A DNA stretch of 32,000 bases from Legionellaceae bacterium (GCA_030696305.1 JAUYSP010000058.1:1-32000); one strand, 5' to 3'. Counted from the stretch's first letter, positions 17,847-27,545 are shown. Translations and numbers: made by a program. The notes: a model not told the origin generated them from the sequence alone.

Positions 17847-19478
17847 TCAGTTTGGAAAGAAAGTATTCGCTGTATTAATACACCCAATACTTTCTTCTGC
17901 TAATGCATTTTTTTGTGGAAAATCTTCACGAAAATGTCCGCCTCGGGATTCTCGTCTCGATAAGGCTGCTCGGACTATTAATTCAGCATTAAGAATGATG
18001 TTGCGTAATTCGATAAAATCTCGGGTAATACGATGTTGCCAATAATATTCTTCGATAATAGTATGTCGCTGTAATATAAGTTGTAATAAATCATGTAATC
18101 CCGCTTCGGTGCGAACAATGCCAGCATACGATGTCATTTCGCCACGTAGACCACGCCAGTGTGCGTTAATTTGGCTCGTTCGTCGTGCATTTATTTCCCC
18201 AGACGAATTCCAATGTGCAACTTTTTGGTGATGAGGGCAGGGGGTGGAAATATCTTTTAAGGTACAATGCGCAGCATTAGAAGCCATGACTACTGCTTCG
18301 AGGAGCGAATTACTGGCTAATCGATTAGCCCCATGCAAACCAGTGAAAGCGACTTCACCAATGGCATATAAGCGTTTCAAATCGGTACGGCCATCGATAT
18401 CGGTTAATACCCCACCGCACTGGTAATGAGCGGCCGGCACCACTGGGATCAAATCTTGACTCATATCAATCCCAATGGACTGTAATGTAGTATATATTTG
18501 TGGAAAACGATTCATCAAAAAAGATTTTGATTGGTGTGTGATGTCTAAGTAAACCGAATTTTCTTGGCTTTGTTCTATTTCACTAAAAATAGCGCGGGCG
18601 ACGACATCACGAGTAGCTAATTCTAATTGTTCTGGCGCATAATGCTGCATGAATCGCTTACCATCCGCATTTTTTAGTAGGGCACCTTCGCCTCGTACTG
18701 CTTCTGATATCAGAAAATTATGCAGTGAATGATGATGCAGTAACGTAGGGTGAAATTGGTAAAATTCCATGTTGCCTACGCGAGCGCCTGCCCGATACGA
18801 CATAGCAACACCATCTCCAGTTGCGACCATAGGATTTGTGGTGTAACGATATGTTTTACCAGCCCCACCAGTTGCTAAAACGACGGCATTAGCCAAAAAT
18901 GTATGAATACGATCCGCTACGCAATCTAAAATATAAGCACCTAAAACCTCACCTCGATTGTCGGTTCGATGAGGATGATAGTGCGTGATTAAGTTGACGG
19001 CGATGTGGTTTTCAAATAAATGAATATTGGATTGTTGTTTTACGGTTTGTAATAAAGCATCGGTAACTGTTAAACCTGTTTGATCGCCGCAATTATATAT
19101 TCGACGATGAGAGTGGCCGCCTTCTTGTGCAAGCGTCGAGTTAAAATTAATTGCATATTCTTGTAATTGGGAAATTGCGGCGGGTCCTTGGCGAATAATG
19201 CATTCAACTGATGGTTTATAAGATAAGCCATCGCCTGAGCGCAAAGTATCTTCAATATGTGTTTCTTCAGAATCTTGAGGAGTGGATACCGCTGCAATGC
19301 CCCCTTGAGCATAACGGCTGTTGCATTCGGTAGCCGCTACTTTACTGATCAACGCAATCCTTAGTTTAGGTTGTAAACTAAGTAGTCGCATACAATAATG
19401 TAGCCCGGCAAGGCCGGTGCCTATTACTAAAACATCGTATTCATAAGTTTGTCCCTGTTGTGAAGGTACAGCTGTCAT
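17847..19478 (-). CDS. nadB: L-aspartate oxidase
   Basis: FAD motif DVLVIGTGLAGL, plus RYAQGGIAA, HPT, HGANRLASNSLLE and SRGGHFRED. Confidence 0.95.
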   Translation of the reverse strand: MTAVPSQQGQTYEYDVLVIGTGLAGLHYCMRLLSLQPKLRIALISKVAATECNSRYAQGGIAAVSTPQDSEETHIEDTLRSGDGLSYKPSVECIIRQGPAAISQLQEYAINFNSTLAQEGGHSHRRIYNCGDQTGLTVTDALLQTVKQQSNIHLFENHIAVNLITHYHPHRTDNRGEVLGAYILDCVADRIHTFLANAVVLATGGAGKTYRYTTNPMVATGDGVAMSYRAGARVGNMEFYQFHPTLLHHHSLHNFLISEAVRGEGALLKNADGKRFMQHYAPEQLELATRDVVARAIFSEIEQSQENSVYLDITHQSKSFLMNRFPQIYTTLQSIGIDMSQDLIPVVPAAHYQCGGVLTDIDGRTDLKRLYAIGEVAFTGLHGANRLASNSLLEAVVMASNAAHCTLKDISTPCPHHQKVAHWNSSGEINARRTSQINAHWRGLRGEMTSYAGIVRTEAGLHDLLQLILQRHTIIEEYYWQHRITRDFIELRNIILNAELIVRAALSRRESRGGHFREDFPQKNALAEESIGCINTANTFFPN

Positions 19479-20845
19479 GAAAACGCTTTCACAAGTTGTT
19501 TAGCTAGGCCAATGTAAGTGCCAGGGGTTAATTGTAATAAACGCTCTTTAGCATCATCTGGAATTGCTAATGCCTGAATAAATCCAGTGAGCTTGTCGCA
19601 ATCAATACCATGACCTCGTGTTAAATCACGCATTTGCTCATAAGCATTAGGCACTTGGTAGCGGCGCATGACGGTTTGAATAGCTTCAGATAAAATTTCC
19701 CAATTATTATCAAGATCAAGCTGCAGCGCACGTTGGTTGATTTGCAATTTTTCGTTGCCTTTGGCAATCGATTGATAGGCTATTAAAGAATAAGCAAAAG
19801 CAACGCCTAGATTGCGCATTACAGTCGAATCTGAAAGATCGCGTTGTAGGCGTGAGCGAGGTAATTTATTAGCGAAATGATCAAATAGTGTATTTGATAA
19901 GCCTAAATTGCCTTCGGCATTTTCAAAATCGATCGGGTTGACTTTATGTGGCATCGTTGATGACCCAACTTCATCGGCCACGGTTTTTTGTTTAAAATAA
20001 CCTAATGAAATATAATTCCAAACATCGCAAGTATAATCCAATAAAATCGTATTAATTCGGATCATGAGGTGTGATACTTCGGCAATACCATCATGAGGTT
20101 CAATTTGTGTGGTGTATGGGCTGAAAGATAAGCCTAATGAAGTAACAAAATGAGAGCAATGTTTACGCCAATCTACTTCAGGATAAGCTACCACATGCGC
20201 ATTGTAATTTCCTACCGCGCCGTTACATTTTGCTGAAATTAATACTTCTGCTAGTTGTTGCAGCGGGCGTTTTAGTCGAGATACAAAATTAATCAGTTCT
20301 TTGCCAATAGTGGTTGGCGTAGCGGGTTGACCATGTGTTCTTGAAAGCATAGGCACATCCCCGTGCTGTTTGCCTAATAGCGTAATACCACCAATAATTT
20401 CTGCTAAAGTGGGTTGAATGATTTGAGCAATCGCTTCTTTCATCATGAGTGCGTATGCTAAATTGTTGATATCTTCTGAAGTACACGCAAAATGAATAAA
20501 GCTAGTGAGTGGCTTTAAATCAGGGAAATGCTCTAACTTTTCTCGTAAATAATATTCAACCGCTTTCACATCATGATTCGTTTGTTTTTCATATGCTTTA
20601 ACCTTCATGGCTTCTTGTTCATCGAACTGTTGTAAGATATTTTTAAGAAAGTCGATGGATTGCTCATTCAAGGCCGGAACTTCAGTAATCGTTTCATTAG
20701 CAGCAAGTGATTCTAGCCAGCGAATTTCGACTAGCAATCGATAATAAATAAGAGCATATTCACTAAAAAATGGGCTGAGTAAAGTCGTTTTTTTTAGATA
20801 ACGACCGTCAATTGGTGAGATTGCAGTTAACGCAGATAGGGTCAT
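19475..20845 (-). CDS. purB: adenylosuccinate lyase
   Basis: SPIDGRY N-terminus and the fumarate-lyase signature GSSTMPHKVNPIDFEN. Its stop overlaps the nadB start (ATGA). Confidence 0.96.
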   Translation of the reverse strand: MTLSALTAISPIDGRYLKKTTLLSPFFSEYALIYYRLLVEIRWLESLAANETITEVPALNEQSIDFLKNILQQFDEQEAMKVKAYEKQTNHDVKAVEYYLREKLEHFPDLKPLTSFIHFACTSEDINNLAYALMMKEAIAQIIQPTLAEIIGGITLLGKQHGDVPMLSRTHGQPATPTTIGKELINFVSRLKRPLQQLAEVLISAKCNGAVGNYNAHVVAYPEVDWRKHCSHFVTSLGLSFSPYTTQIEPHDGIAEVSHLMIRINTILLDYTCDVWNYISLGYFKQKTVADEVGSSTMPHKVNPIDFENAEGNLGLSNTLFDHFANKLPRSRLQRDLSDSTVMRNLGVAFAYSLIAYQSIAKGNEKLQINQRALQLDLDNNWEILSEAIQTVMRRYQVPNAYEQMRDLTRGHGIDCDKLTGFIQALAIPDDAKERLLQLTPGTYIGLAKQLVKAFS

Positions 20846-21113
20846 GGGCTTTTTTGAGTAAGAATAAAGGGTATATCATATTAGATGCGAGCGCAGATGT
20901 GAATATAAATTCCAGTTTGCTTGAATAAAATGAGTAAATAAAGCTGATTTCGTTATTTTGAAGACACGTATGGGTAATCCACGGCTTTGAATCACTGGAT
21001 CTTGCGGCTGAGCTACAGTATGACACGTGTCTTTGCGAGCATTACGAAGCAGCCCCAGAACGGTGTTCCAATTAAAAATTGTTCTAGGTTGCTTCGGCGG
21101 TTCGCAAACAAGG

Positions 21114-21674
21114 CTATAACGGATTCAATTGTATAGTTTCTTCGTCAGACTCTTCTCTTGACATAAGGTTTCTAGCGGCGTTATAGAATGAGACGTCAAT
21201 TACTGATGGATATTTCCAGGTGTTCTTTTGTAGTTTGTCATCTATAATCTGTGTTTTGCGATCGTTCGTATATCCTTGGATCGAAAGAATACCACGAGAG
21301 AAGGCTGATAGCAGTGCTAAAGCCATATTGCCTACATTCATAAGGATTAGAACGAATTCTTTTTGTAAACATGCTTTAAGGGTTACACTGAATTTTGGAT
21401 TATCTTTACATTCAATAAAATCTTCGTCCATTGGCTCTTCTTCAGGGTCATAGATGAAGGTAGTTAAGTAAGCAGCGAAGGTAAAAGCAAATAACAATGC
21501 ATTTTTGATTAATTTTATTAAATGATCTAAAAAAGAAGGCAACAACCGAAGTGCTACGCTGCGGCTCGAGTATGCGTGGGTTATGTTTGTTGCTTGCTGT
21601 ACCATATGGGCCCATTCATCATTTCTTGCGATTTCAAGGTCAGACTCGAGTTGTTTGAAAAAGGCTGTAGCCAC
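21114..21674 (-). CDS. hypothetical membrane protein (186 aa) with acidic C-terminus
   Basis: Two hydrophobic segments (ALLFAFTFAAYLTTFIY; FVLILMNVGNMALALLSAF). C-terminus SREESDEETIQLNPL. No family recognised. Confidence 0.7.
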   Translation of the reverse strand: MATAFFKQLESDLEIARNDEWAHMVQQATNITHAYSSRSVALRLLPSFLDHLIKLIKNALLFAFTFAAYLTTFIYDPEEEPMDEDFIECKDNPKFSVTLKACLQKEFVLILMNVGNMALALLSAFSRGILSIQGYTNDRKTQIIDDKLQKNTWKYPSVIDVSFYNAARNLMSREESDEETIQLNPL

Positions 21675-21850
21675 GGTTAATCTCCATAGTTATGTTATAT
21701 TTTAAATCTGCTGCATTATGCCGGAAGTTGATTATATGTGCAACGAGAAATCACTTTGATTTATTATATCCTTATTTTTCACGGTATTTGAAACGTACCT
21801 ACACCGATGGTAGACTTCCACTTAACGTATTAATTGCAATTTTTCCATCT

Positions 21851-22366
21851 ATGCCTTCTCAACTTTCTCCACCACCCAAGTTAATACCTTGGTTGACATC
21901 TGTGGACTTTTTAACTAAAAAACTTCATACGTGTTCAGGCCATACCCAATTAACTGTACTTGAGCATCGCTGGATAAATACCAGTTGGTGGGATAGGTAC
22001 GTATTAAATTTAGAGTGTAATCGGGTATTATCTCGTGAAATTGCTATGCTAGCCTGGGATGTGCCTTGTTGGTATGCTAGAACCATTATTCCAATAAAAA
22101 CATATCAAGCGGATGCAAAATTATTTAATCAATTAGAACAAACTACATTAGGTCATCTTATTTTTAATGGAAACAAAATTAATCGAGAATCGTTAACATA
22201 TTATGCTATTGATAAACAATCAATTGAATATCATTGGTTACCGGAGGGCATGGATTGTAATTCTGAGGTCCTTTGGGTTCGATTATCTAAATTCGTTTTG
22301 GCATCTTGTGATCCGTTTTATCTGATTGAAATATTTTTACCAGGCTTGGAGAAGTACCTTTGTTGA
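21851..22366 (+). CDS. ubiC: chorismate pyruvate-lyase
   Basis: Similarity to UbiC begins at the Met at 21851 (MPSQLSPPP...). REIAMLAWDVPCWYARTIIP, TLGHLIF and LIEIFLPG parallel the E. coli UbiC blocks. Overlaps and precedes ubiA. Confidence 0.85.
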   Translation: MPSQLSPPPKLIPWLTSVDFLTKKLHTCSGHTQLTVLEHRWINTSWWDRYVLNLECNRVLSREIAMLAWDVPCWYARTIIPIKTYQADAKLFNQLEQTTLGHLIFNGNKINRESLTYYAIDKQSIEYHWLPEGMDCNSEVLWVRLSKFVLASCDPFYLIEIFLPGLEKYLC

Positions 22367-23205
22367 ACTGGTCGGCTTATTATCGTCTCATGCGTTTTCA
22401 TAAGCCTGCGGGCATTGTGCTATTGTGGGTGCCGACGGCTTGGGCGTTATGGCTTGCTAATCGAGGTATGCCAAGTCTCGTGTTATTGATCTATTTTTTT
22501 CTCGGTACTGTGTGTATGCGCGCGGCTGGCTGTGTGGTCAATGACATTGCAGACAGACATATCGATAAACATGTAACCCGAACGCAGGCTCGCCCACTGA
22601 CATCAGGTGAAATAAATCTATTTGAAGCAATGGCTTTATTATTCGCATTATTGTGTATTGCCTTATTCATAGTAACTAGATTGCCGATACTGTGTTTTTA
22701 TGAAGCTTTATTGGCATTGTTCATTACAATTGTTTATCCGTTTTGTAAACGAATTTTTCAAGCGCCGCAATTGATATTGGGACTCGCTTTTTCTATGGGG
22801 ATTCCGATGGTCTATGCGGCATCTGGTAAAGCGCCTGATCAGATTATGTGCTTATTATTTATACTTAATTTTGCTTGGATAGTGGCATATGACACGATGT
22901 ATGCTATGGTAGATAGGGCGGATGATTTATTAATAGGAGTTAAATCTACAGCGATTCTTTTTGCCTCCTATGATCGATTAATCATAGGATTATTGCAATT
23001 AATCTGTCATGGTTTTTGGTTGCTGATTGGTTTGATGATTCATGCTTCGGTCGTTTTTTATGTATGTTGGGGCATCGGACTGGGGATTTTTATTTTTCAA
23101 CAATACTTACTTGCGTTGCGCGATCATTCGTCATACTGGCGTGCATTTGTGATAAATGGTTGGTATGGCCTGGTGATGTGGCTTGGGCTGGTGGGGTCAA
23201 GCTAG
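22360..23205 (+). CDS. ubiA: 4-hydroxybenzoate polyprenyltransferase
   Basis: UbiA prenyltransferase motifs NDIADRHIDKHVTRTQARPL and YDTMYAMVDRADD. Multi-pass hydrophobic profile. TTG start overlapping the ubiC stop. Confidence 0.95.
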   Translation: MLNWSAYYRLMRFHKPAGIVLLWVPTAWALWLANRGMPSLVLLIYFFLGTVCMRAAGCVVNDIADRHIDKHVTRTQARPLTSGEINLFEAMALLFALLCIALFIVTRLPILCFYEALLALFITIVYPFCKRIFQAPQLILGLAFSMGIPMVYAASGKAPDQIMCLLFILNFAWIVAYDTMYAMVDRADDLLIGVKSTAILFASYDRLIIGLLQLICHGFWLLIGLMIHASVVFYVCWGIGLGIFIFQQYLLALRDHSSYWRAFVINGWYGLVMWLGLVGSS

Positions 23206-23967
23206 CCCGCTTGTACCAATACGAAAAGAGTGTTTATCCACGTTTAATTCTAAAACATGCTCTGCCAATTGAATATACTGCTGTGCTTGTCCGATCGTTC
23301 TTATACCGCCAGATACTTTAATACCGCATGGTGCTTGTATTTCACGAATGGCGGCTAGTATTGCAAAAGCGGCAGGCAGGGTGGCGCCGGTATCGATTTT
23401 GCCGGTTGAGGTTTTTAAAAAATCGCAGCCCTTTTCAATCAATTCAAGACTGAGTTTGTAAATTACATCAAGCGAAGGCAAAGCGCCTGTTTCAAGAATA
23501 ATTTTGAATGTCAGATGATTGGCTTTGCATAACTGATAGGCCTCGCGACATGCTGCTAAGGCTTTTGTTTTATTATTCGCTAAATACAACTGATATGGAA
23601 AAACATAATCAATTTCATCGACTTGGTTTTGGCGCATGATGTTTTCTATGTCATACATGACTTCATTATGAGGCTGGTTACCTGTTGGAAAATTAACGAC
23701 AGTGGCTCGAGTTATCTTATCCGGTATGTGGCACAGATGAGATGGAAAGACACAAATGGCTGCTACATTTTGATGAATCGCTTTTTCAATTAGGTTATCG
23801 ATAGCATCTTTTGTTGTCTGTTCATTAAGTAAAGTTAAATCAATAAGCGAGTTAACTTTAGACAATGAGTGCAGGTCATCTTGCAGTGAAGTTCCTTCAC
23901 TGTGTTCAAGATGACGTTGTTTGAGTAAAGCGAGGGTTTTTGTGGATTGGGATTCGAGATTACTCAT
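23197..23967 (-). CDS. deoC: deoxyribose-phosphate aldolase
   Basis: Schiff-base lysine context DFLKTSTGK, IKVSGGIRT and RIGTSG. Confidence 0.9.
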   Translation of the reverse strand: MSNLESQSTKTLALLKQRHLEHSEGTSLQDDLHSLSKVNSLIDLTLLNEQTTKDAIDNLIEKAIHQNVAAICVFPSHLCHIPDKITRATVVNFPTGNQPHNEVMYDIENIMRQNQVDEIDYVFPYQLYLANNKTKALAACREAYQLCKANHLTFKIILETGALPSLDVIYKLSLELIEKGCDFLKTSTGKIDTGATLPAAFAILAAIREIQAPCGIKVSGGIRTIGQAQQYIQLAEHVLELNVDKHSFRIGTSGLA

Positions 23968-24370
23968 GATTCGACTCAGTTGCTAGTTGTCGAATTAGAT
24001 CTGGGAAAGGTATTGATTTATTAGTTTGATAGTCCACCCAAACAATTTTACAAACACCTTGAGCTATTAATGTTTCTTCTTGATATAAATCATGGTCCAT
24101 CATCAAACTGCTTCGCCCTAACGTATGAAGTTGGCTGCGCAACGTCACGGTAGCGGGATAAACCAATGGTTTTAAATATGTACATGCGATATGAAGTAAT
24201 ACAGGGCCTGTTTTTTGTTGCATGTCCAGTTGTAAACTACTGAGCCATTCGATTCGTGCTTCTTGAAAATAATCAAAATATCGGACGTTATTGACATGTC
24301 CTAATGCGTCCATATCCCCCCATGCAATATCGAATATTTTTTCATGTACGGCAATTTTTTGATTTGTCAT
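23960..24370 (-). CDS. 4HBT-fold acyl-CoA thioesterase (YbgC-like)
   Basis: WGDMDALGHVNNVRYFDYFQEARIEWL is the hotdog-fold thioesterase signature. 8-nt overlap with deoC. Confidence 0.88.
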   Translation of the reverse strand: MTNQKIAVHEKIFDIAWGDMDALGHVNNVRYFDYFQEARIEWLSSLQLDMQQKTGPVLLHIACTYLKPLVYPATVTLRSQLHTLGRSSLMMDHDLYQEETLIAQGVCKIVWVDYQTNKSIPFPDLIRQLATESNHE

Positions 24371-24390
24371 GTTGATACATTAAAAGTTTT

Positions 24391-24421
24391 TTGGAAATTG
24401 TAGCATGTTTTCGTGTATAAT
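24391..24421 (+). promoter_or_regulatory. candidate sigma70 promoter for ndk
   Basis: Perfect TATAAT at 24416-24421, about 70 nt upstream of ndk. The best -35 is TTGGAA at 24391-24396, but the 19-nt spacer is suboptimal. Confidence 0.3.
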
Positions 24422-24491
24422 ATGCGGCTTGAAATTTAACAAATAGATTTTATGTGAAAATTATATAATCTAAAATTAATTTGGAGCTCTA

Positions 24492-24923
24492 ATGTCTACT
24501 GAATACACGCTATCTATTATTAAACCAGATGCTGTTGCAAAAAACGTAATTGGTCAAATCTATTCACGTTTTGAACAAGCAGGCTTGACTGTTGTTGCAG
24601 CAAAAATGGCACATTTGTCACGTGAGCAAGCAGAAGGATTTTATGCAGTACATAAAGAGCGTCCTTTTTTCAATGCCTTAGTATCATTTATGATTTCTGG
24701 TCCAGTAATGATTCAAGTATTAAAAGGCGAAAATGCTGTTGCTAAGCATCGTGATATCATGGGCGCTACTAATCCTAAAGAAGCTGCTCCCGGCACAATT
24801 CGTGCTGATTTTGCTGATAGTATTGATGCGAATGCGGTGCATGGTTCAGATGCTGTCGAAACTGCGCAACAAGAAATCGCATTTTTCTTTGAGCCAAATG
24901 AATTGTGTGAACGAAACGCATGA
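24492..24923 (+). CDS. ndk: nucleoside diphosphate kinase
   Basis: [24 protein letters not shown] and the NAVHGSD active-site His motif. GGAG RBS. Confidence 0.97.
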   Translation: MSTEYTLSIIKPDAVAKNVIGQIYSRFEQAGLTVVAAKMAHLSREQAEGFYAVHKERPFFNALVSFMISGPVMIQVLKGENAVAKHRDIMGATNPKEAAPGTIRADFADSIDANAVHGSDAVETAQQEIAFFFEPNELCERNA

Positions 24924-26026
24924 GTCTAAAAACAAATCTGCTGGATTTTAACTATCAACAAATGCGTCAATTCTTTCTTGATCTAGGAGAGAAGCCATTT
25001 CGCGCGCAACAAGTGATGCAATGGATTCATCAGTTTGGTTTTTATGATTTTGAACAAATGACCAATCTTGGTAAGGGGCTGCGTCAGCGCCTTACTGAGG
25101 TTGCTGAAATTCGATTACCTGAAATTACAGCGTGCCAAGAATCTAGTGATGGTACGCATAAATGGTTGTTGAAATTAGCTTGCGGCAATAGCATTGAAAC
25201 CGTTTACATTCCAGAAGCAAAACGTGGCACTTTATGTGTTTCATCGCAGGTTGGTTGCGGTTTGAATTGCAGTTTTTGCTCTACAGCTAAACAAGGATTT
25301 AATCGAAATTTATCTACTGCGGAAATTATTGGCCAAGTTTGGGTTGCTGTACGTGAGCTTTCTACCCGAAATGGTGAACATGATAAACGTGTTACCAATG
25401 TCGTTATGATGGGTATGGGAGAGCCATTACTCAATTTTGAGCCAGTAGTTACGGCATTAGATATTATGATGGATGACTTTGCTTATGGTTTATCCAAACG
25501 TCGTGTGACCCTGAGTACCTCGGGTGTTATTCCTGAAATGGAGCGCTTACGTGAGCGCAGCCCGGTCGCATTAGCCGTGTCATTACATGCGCCGACAGAT
25601 GAGTTACGTAATGAATTGGTTCCTATTAACAAAAAATATCCCTTAGTACAACTGATGGAACTATGCGCACGTTATTTTAAAGACGAGCCAAGACGTGTAG
25701 TGACTTTTGAATACGTGATGTTAAAAGGTGTCAATGATCAGCCTGAACATGCTGCGCAATTAATTAAACTATTGCAAAATGTCCCTTGTAAAGTGAATTT
25801 AATTCCGTTTAATCCTTTTCCCTTGACGCAATATCAGCGCTCATCCAATAACGCAATTAATGCTTTTCGCGATCAACTGATGGCTCAAGGTATTAATACG
25901 ATTACCCGAAAAACGCGCGGCGATGACATCGATGCAGCCTGTGGGCAATTAGCGGGCGAAGTAAATGATAGAACAAGTCGTTCTAGACGTTGGCAAAAAA
26001 TTCATTTTATGCCTAAAGAGGCCTGA
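24920..26026 (+). CDS. rlmN: 23S rRNA/tRNA adenine-C2 methyltransferase RlmN (radical SAM)
   Basis: Radical SAM cluster motif [11 protein letters not shown], plus MGMGEPLLN and the C-terminal [13 protein letters not shown] overlap with ndk. Confidence 0.96.
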   Translation: MSLKTNLLDFNYQQMRQFFLDLGEKPFRAQQVMQWIHQFGFYDFEQMTNLGKGLRQRLTEVAEIRLPEITACQESSDGTHKWLLKLACGNSIETVYIPEAKRGTLCVSSQVGCGLNCSFCSTAKQGFNRNLSTAEIIGQVWVAVRELSTRNGEHDKRVTNVVMMGMGEPLLNFEPVVTALDIMMDDFAYGLSKRRVTLSTSGVIPEMERLRERSPVALAVSLHAPTDELRNELVPINKKYPLVQLMELCARYFKDEPRRVVTFEYVMLKGVNDQPEHAAQLIKLLQNVPCKVNLIPFNPFPLTQYQRSSNNAINAFRDQLMAQGINTITRKTRGDDIDAACGQLAGEVNDRTSRSRRWQKIHFMPKEA

Positions 26027-26164
26027 AGACTTCATTTAGCCTTAAGGAACGTCTGATACAATGCGGCCTTTATAATTTTAAAAACGAAATGGAAAACACA
26101 ACGTTGCCGTTGACAGCCAAGGAAGATGTTTTTTTCTTTTTCATATATGTTAATGAGGTAACCG

Positions 26165-26692
26165 ATGTTTAAACGTATCAGCAGTTTTTCTCTTTTTAAT
26201 TCTAATTATAATTCTAGACAAACAACACCAGTTCCTTCTGAAGTTGAATCCAGAGTAAACACGCCTAATCCCAATTCTCTTCGAGATGCGTCGTATTCTC
26301 CGGAGAGCGTAGCCCGAGTGTTGACCCCTGTATCGCGCAAAATTGGCTTAGCTCAACTGAAGAAAAATATACTCAATAAAAATCTTGACGAAGTTGACTC
26401 TTGGGTATTACAAGACAATGCAGATGAGTGTTCTCACATTCCTCTAGGTGAGTATTTTTTCATTGAATTAAAATCTAGGATCTATATTCTTTCGCTGGAT
26501 GATGAGCCTGTGTTTAATCAATATTTGGAGGCTGAAAAAGTGAAGAGTATTCTTGAGTATGCGGGAGAAATTTGCTTTGAAGACGATTATTCGGGTGTTA
26601 TTAAGTCGTGTACCCATCGTTATAAGGCACCGGATGCATTGGAGCCGATGTTACCTGAAGTGACTAATTATTCGAATGCATTAATAATATAA
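26165..26692 (+). CDS. hypothetical protein (175 aa), Ser/Asn/Pro-rich N-terminus
   Basis: ATG with GAGG upstream. The N-terminal ~60 aa are low complexity (SSFSLFNSNYNSRQTTPVPSEVESRVNTPNPNS). No family recognised. It lies between rlmN and pilW, which are neighbours in related gene clusters. Confidence 0.7.
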   Translation: MFKRISSFSLFNSNYNSRQTTPVPSEVESRVNTPNPNSLRDASYSPESVARVLTPVSRKIGLAQLKKNILNKNLDEVDSWVLQDNADECSHIPLGEYFFIELKSRIYILSLDDEPVFNQYLEAEKVKSILEYAGEICFEDDYSGVIKSCTHRYKAPDALEPMLPEVTNYSNALII

Positions 26693-26700
26693 TGGATAAA

Positions 26701-26723
26701 CCCCGAGCTGCAACTGCTCGGGG
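26701..26723. terminator. GC-rich stem-loop after the 175-aa ORF
   Basis: CCCCGAGC-tgcaact-GCTCGGGG: perfect 8-bp stem, 7-nt loop, 8 bp after the stop. No U tract on the plus strand (a TTTAT follows on the minus strand). Confidence 0.45.
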
Positions 26724-26867
26724 ATTGACAACCCCCTCCCAAAGATCACAAGTTCAGTGCGCTGAATGTTCAATTTTTCTTAAGCTTTCAATCAAACCAC
26801 CCGCATGCTTTTTTTAGGATTATGATTCAGGTATAATGGCTCACCCGTTTCTTATGATGAGCATGGA

Positions 26868-27527
26868 TTGAAATCTCGTTACGTGGTTCTGACCATTATT
26901 TTTTTAACATTGCAATCGTGTCGGCATACACAAGAAATTACTCGGCAACAAGATGCCGCGATGTATAATACGCAACTTGGTTTGGCATATCTGAATCAAG
27001 GTGATCGTGTGTTAGCCAAACGTAAGTTATTAATGGCTTTGAAACAGGCGCCTAATTCGCCTAACGTAAATGGATCGATGGCTTATTTTATGGAAAAAAC
27101 AGGTGATTGGGACAAAGCAGGATATTTTTATCGAAACGCGTTATTGCTTGCTCCAGGACGGGGCGCTCAATTAAATAATTACGGCGCTTTCTTATGTCGT
27201 AGAGGTCATTACAAATTGGCTGAGCATTATTTTTTATTAGCTGTAAATGACTCTCAGTATGAGCATACCGCTGCAGCTTATGAAAATGCAGGGTTGTGTG
27301 CAATGGCTATGCCAAATCTTCACAAGGCAGAAACCTATTTTAAAAAGGCTTTGATGCAGGATCCATCGCGTCGTCAATCATTGTCTGAATTGGTACGGAT
27401 TGAATTAAAACAAGGAAAGGCTGATGTAGCATGGAAACAGCTGCAAAAATACCCTTTAATCGTTTCACGTGATGCAACATTATCAAAATTAGCAGTTGAG
27501 GTTGCACGTAAGGCAAACAGAAATTAG
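26868..27527 (+). CDS. pilW: type IV pilus biogenesis/stability lipoprotein PilW (PilF-like TPR protein)
   Basis: Lipobox LTLQSC and TPR repeats (LGLAYLNQGD, YENAGLCAM, KALMQDP). Its position between rlmN and rodZ matches Pseudomonas pilF. TTG start. Confidence 0.85.
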   Translation: MKSRYVVLTIIFLTLQSCRHTQEITRQQDAAMYNTQLGLAYLNQGDRVLAKRKLLMALKQAPNSPNVNGSMAYFMEKTGDWDKAGYFYRNALLLAPGRGAQLNNYGAFLCRRGHYKLAEHYFLLAVNDSQYEHTAAAYENAGLCAMAMPNLHKAETYFKKALMQDPSRRQSLSELVRIELKQGKADVAWKQLQKYPLIVSRDATLSKLAVEVARKANRN

Positions 27528-27545
27528 CAACAGTTGGAGTAAACT

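Noticed and set aside
20808-21026. 72-aa minus-strand ORF overlapping the purB start
   Set aside because: It overlaps the well-supported purB N-terminus out of frame and has low-complexity, non-protein-like content. The underlying GC-rich patch is reported separately as an unresolved feature.
21036-21055. SRP (4.5S) RNA-like motif GAAGCAGCC on the plus strand, and GACACGTGT...TGTAGCT resembling the E. coli ffs 3' half on the minus strand
   Set aside because: There is no GGAA tetraloop or GGUCC partner strand next to the motif, and the region does not fold into the long hairpin required of SRP RNA. The resemblance is short and probably coincidental.
21040-21056. tmRNA-like 5' start GGGGCTGCTTCG on the minus strand
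   Set aside because: No tRNA-like 3' end (TTCGA...CCA), tag reading frame or sufficient length follows. This is a chance match to a G-rich start.
21692-21850. N-terminal 53-codon extension of the ubiC ORF
   Set aside because: Similarity to chorismate lyase begins only at the Met at 21851. The extension would encroach on the divergent promoter region and has no homology signal.
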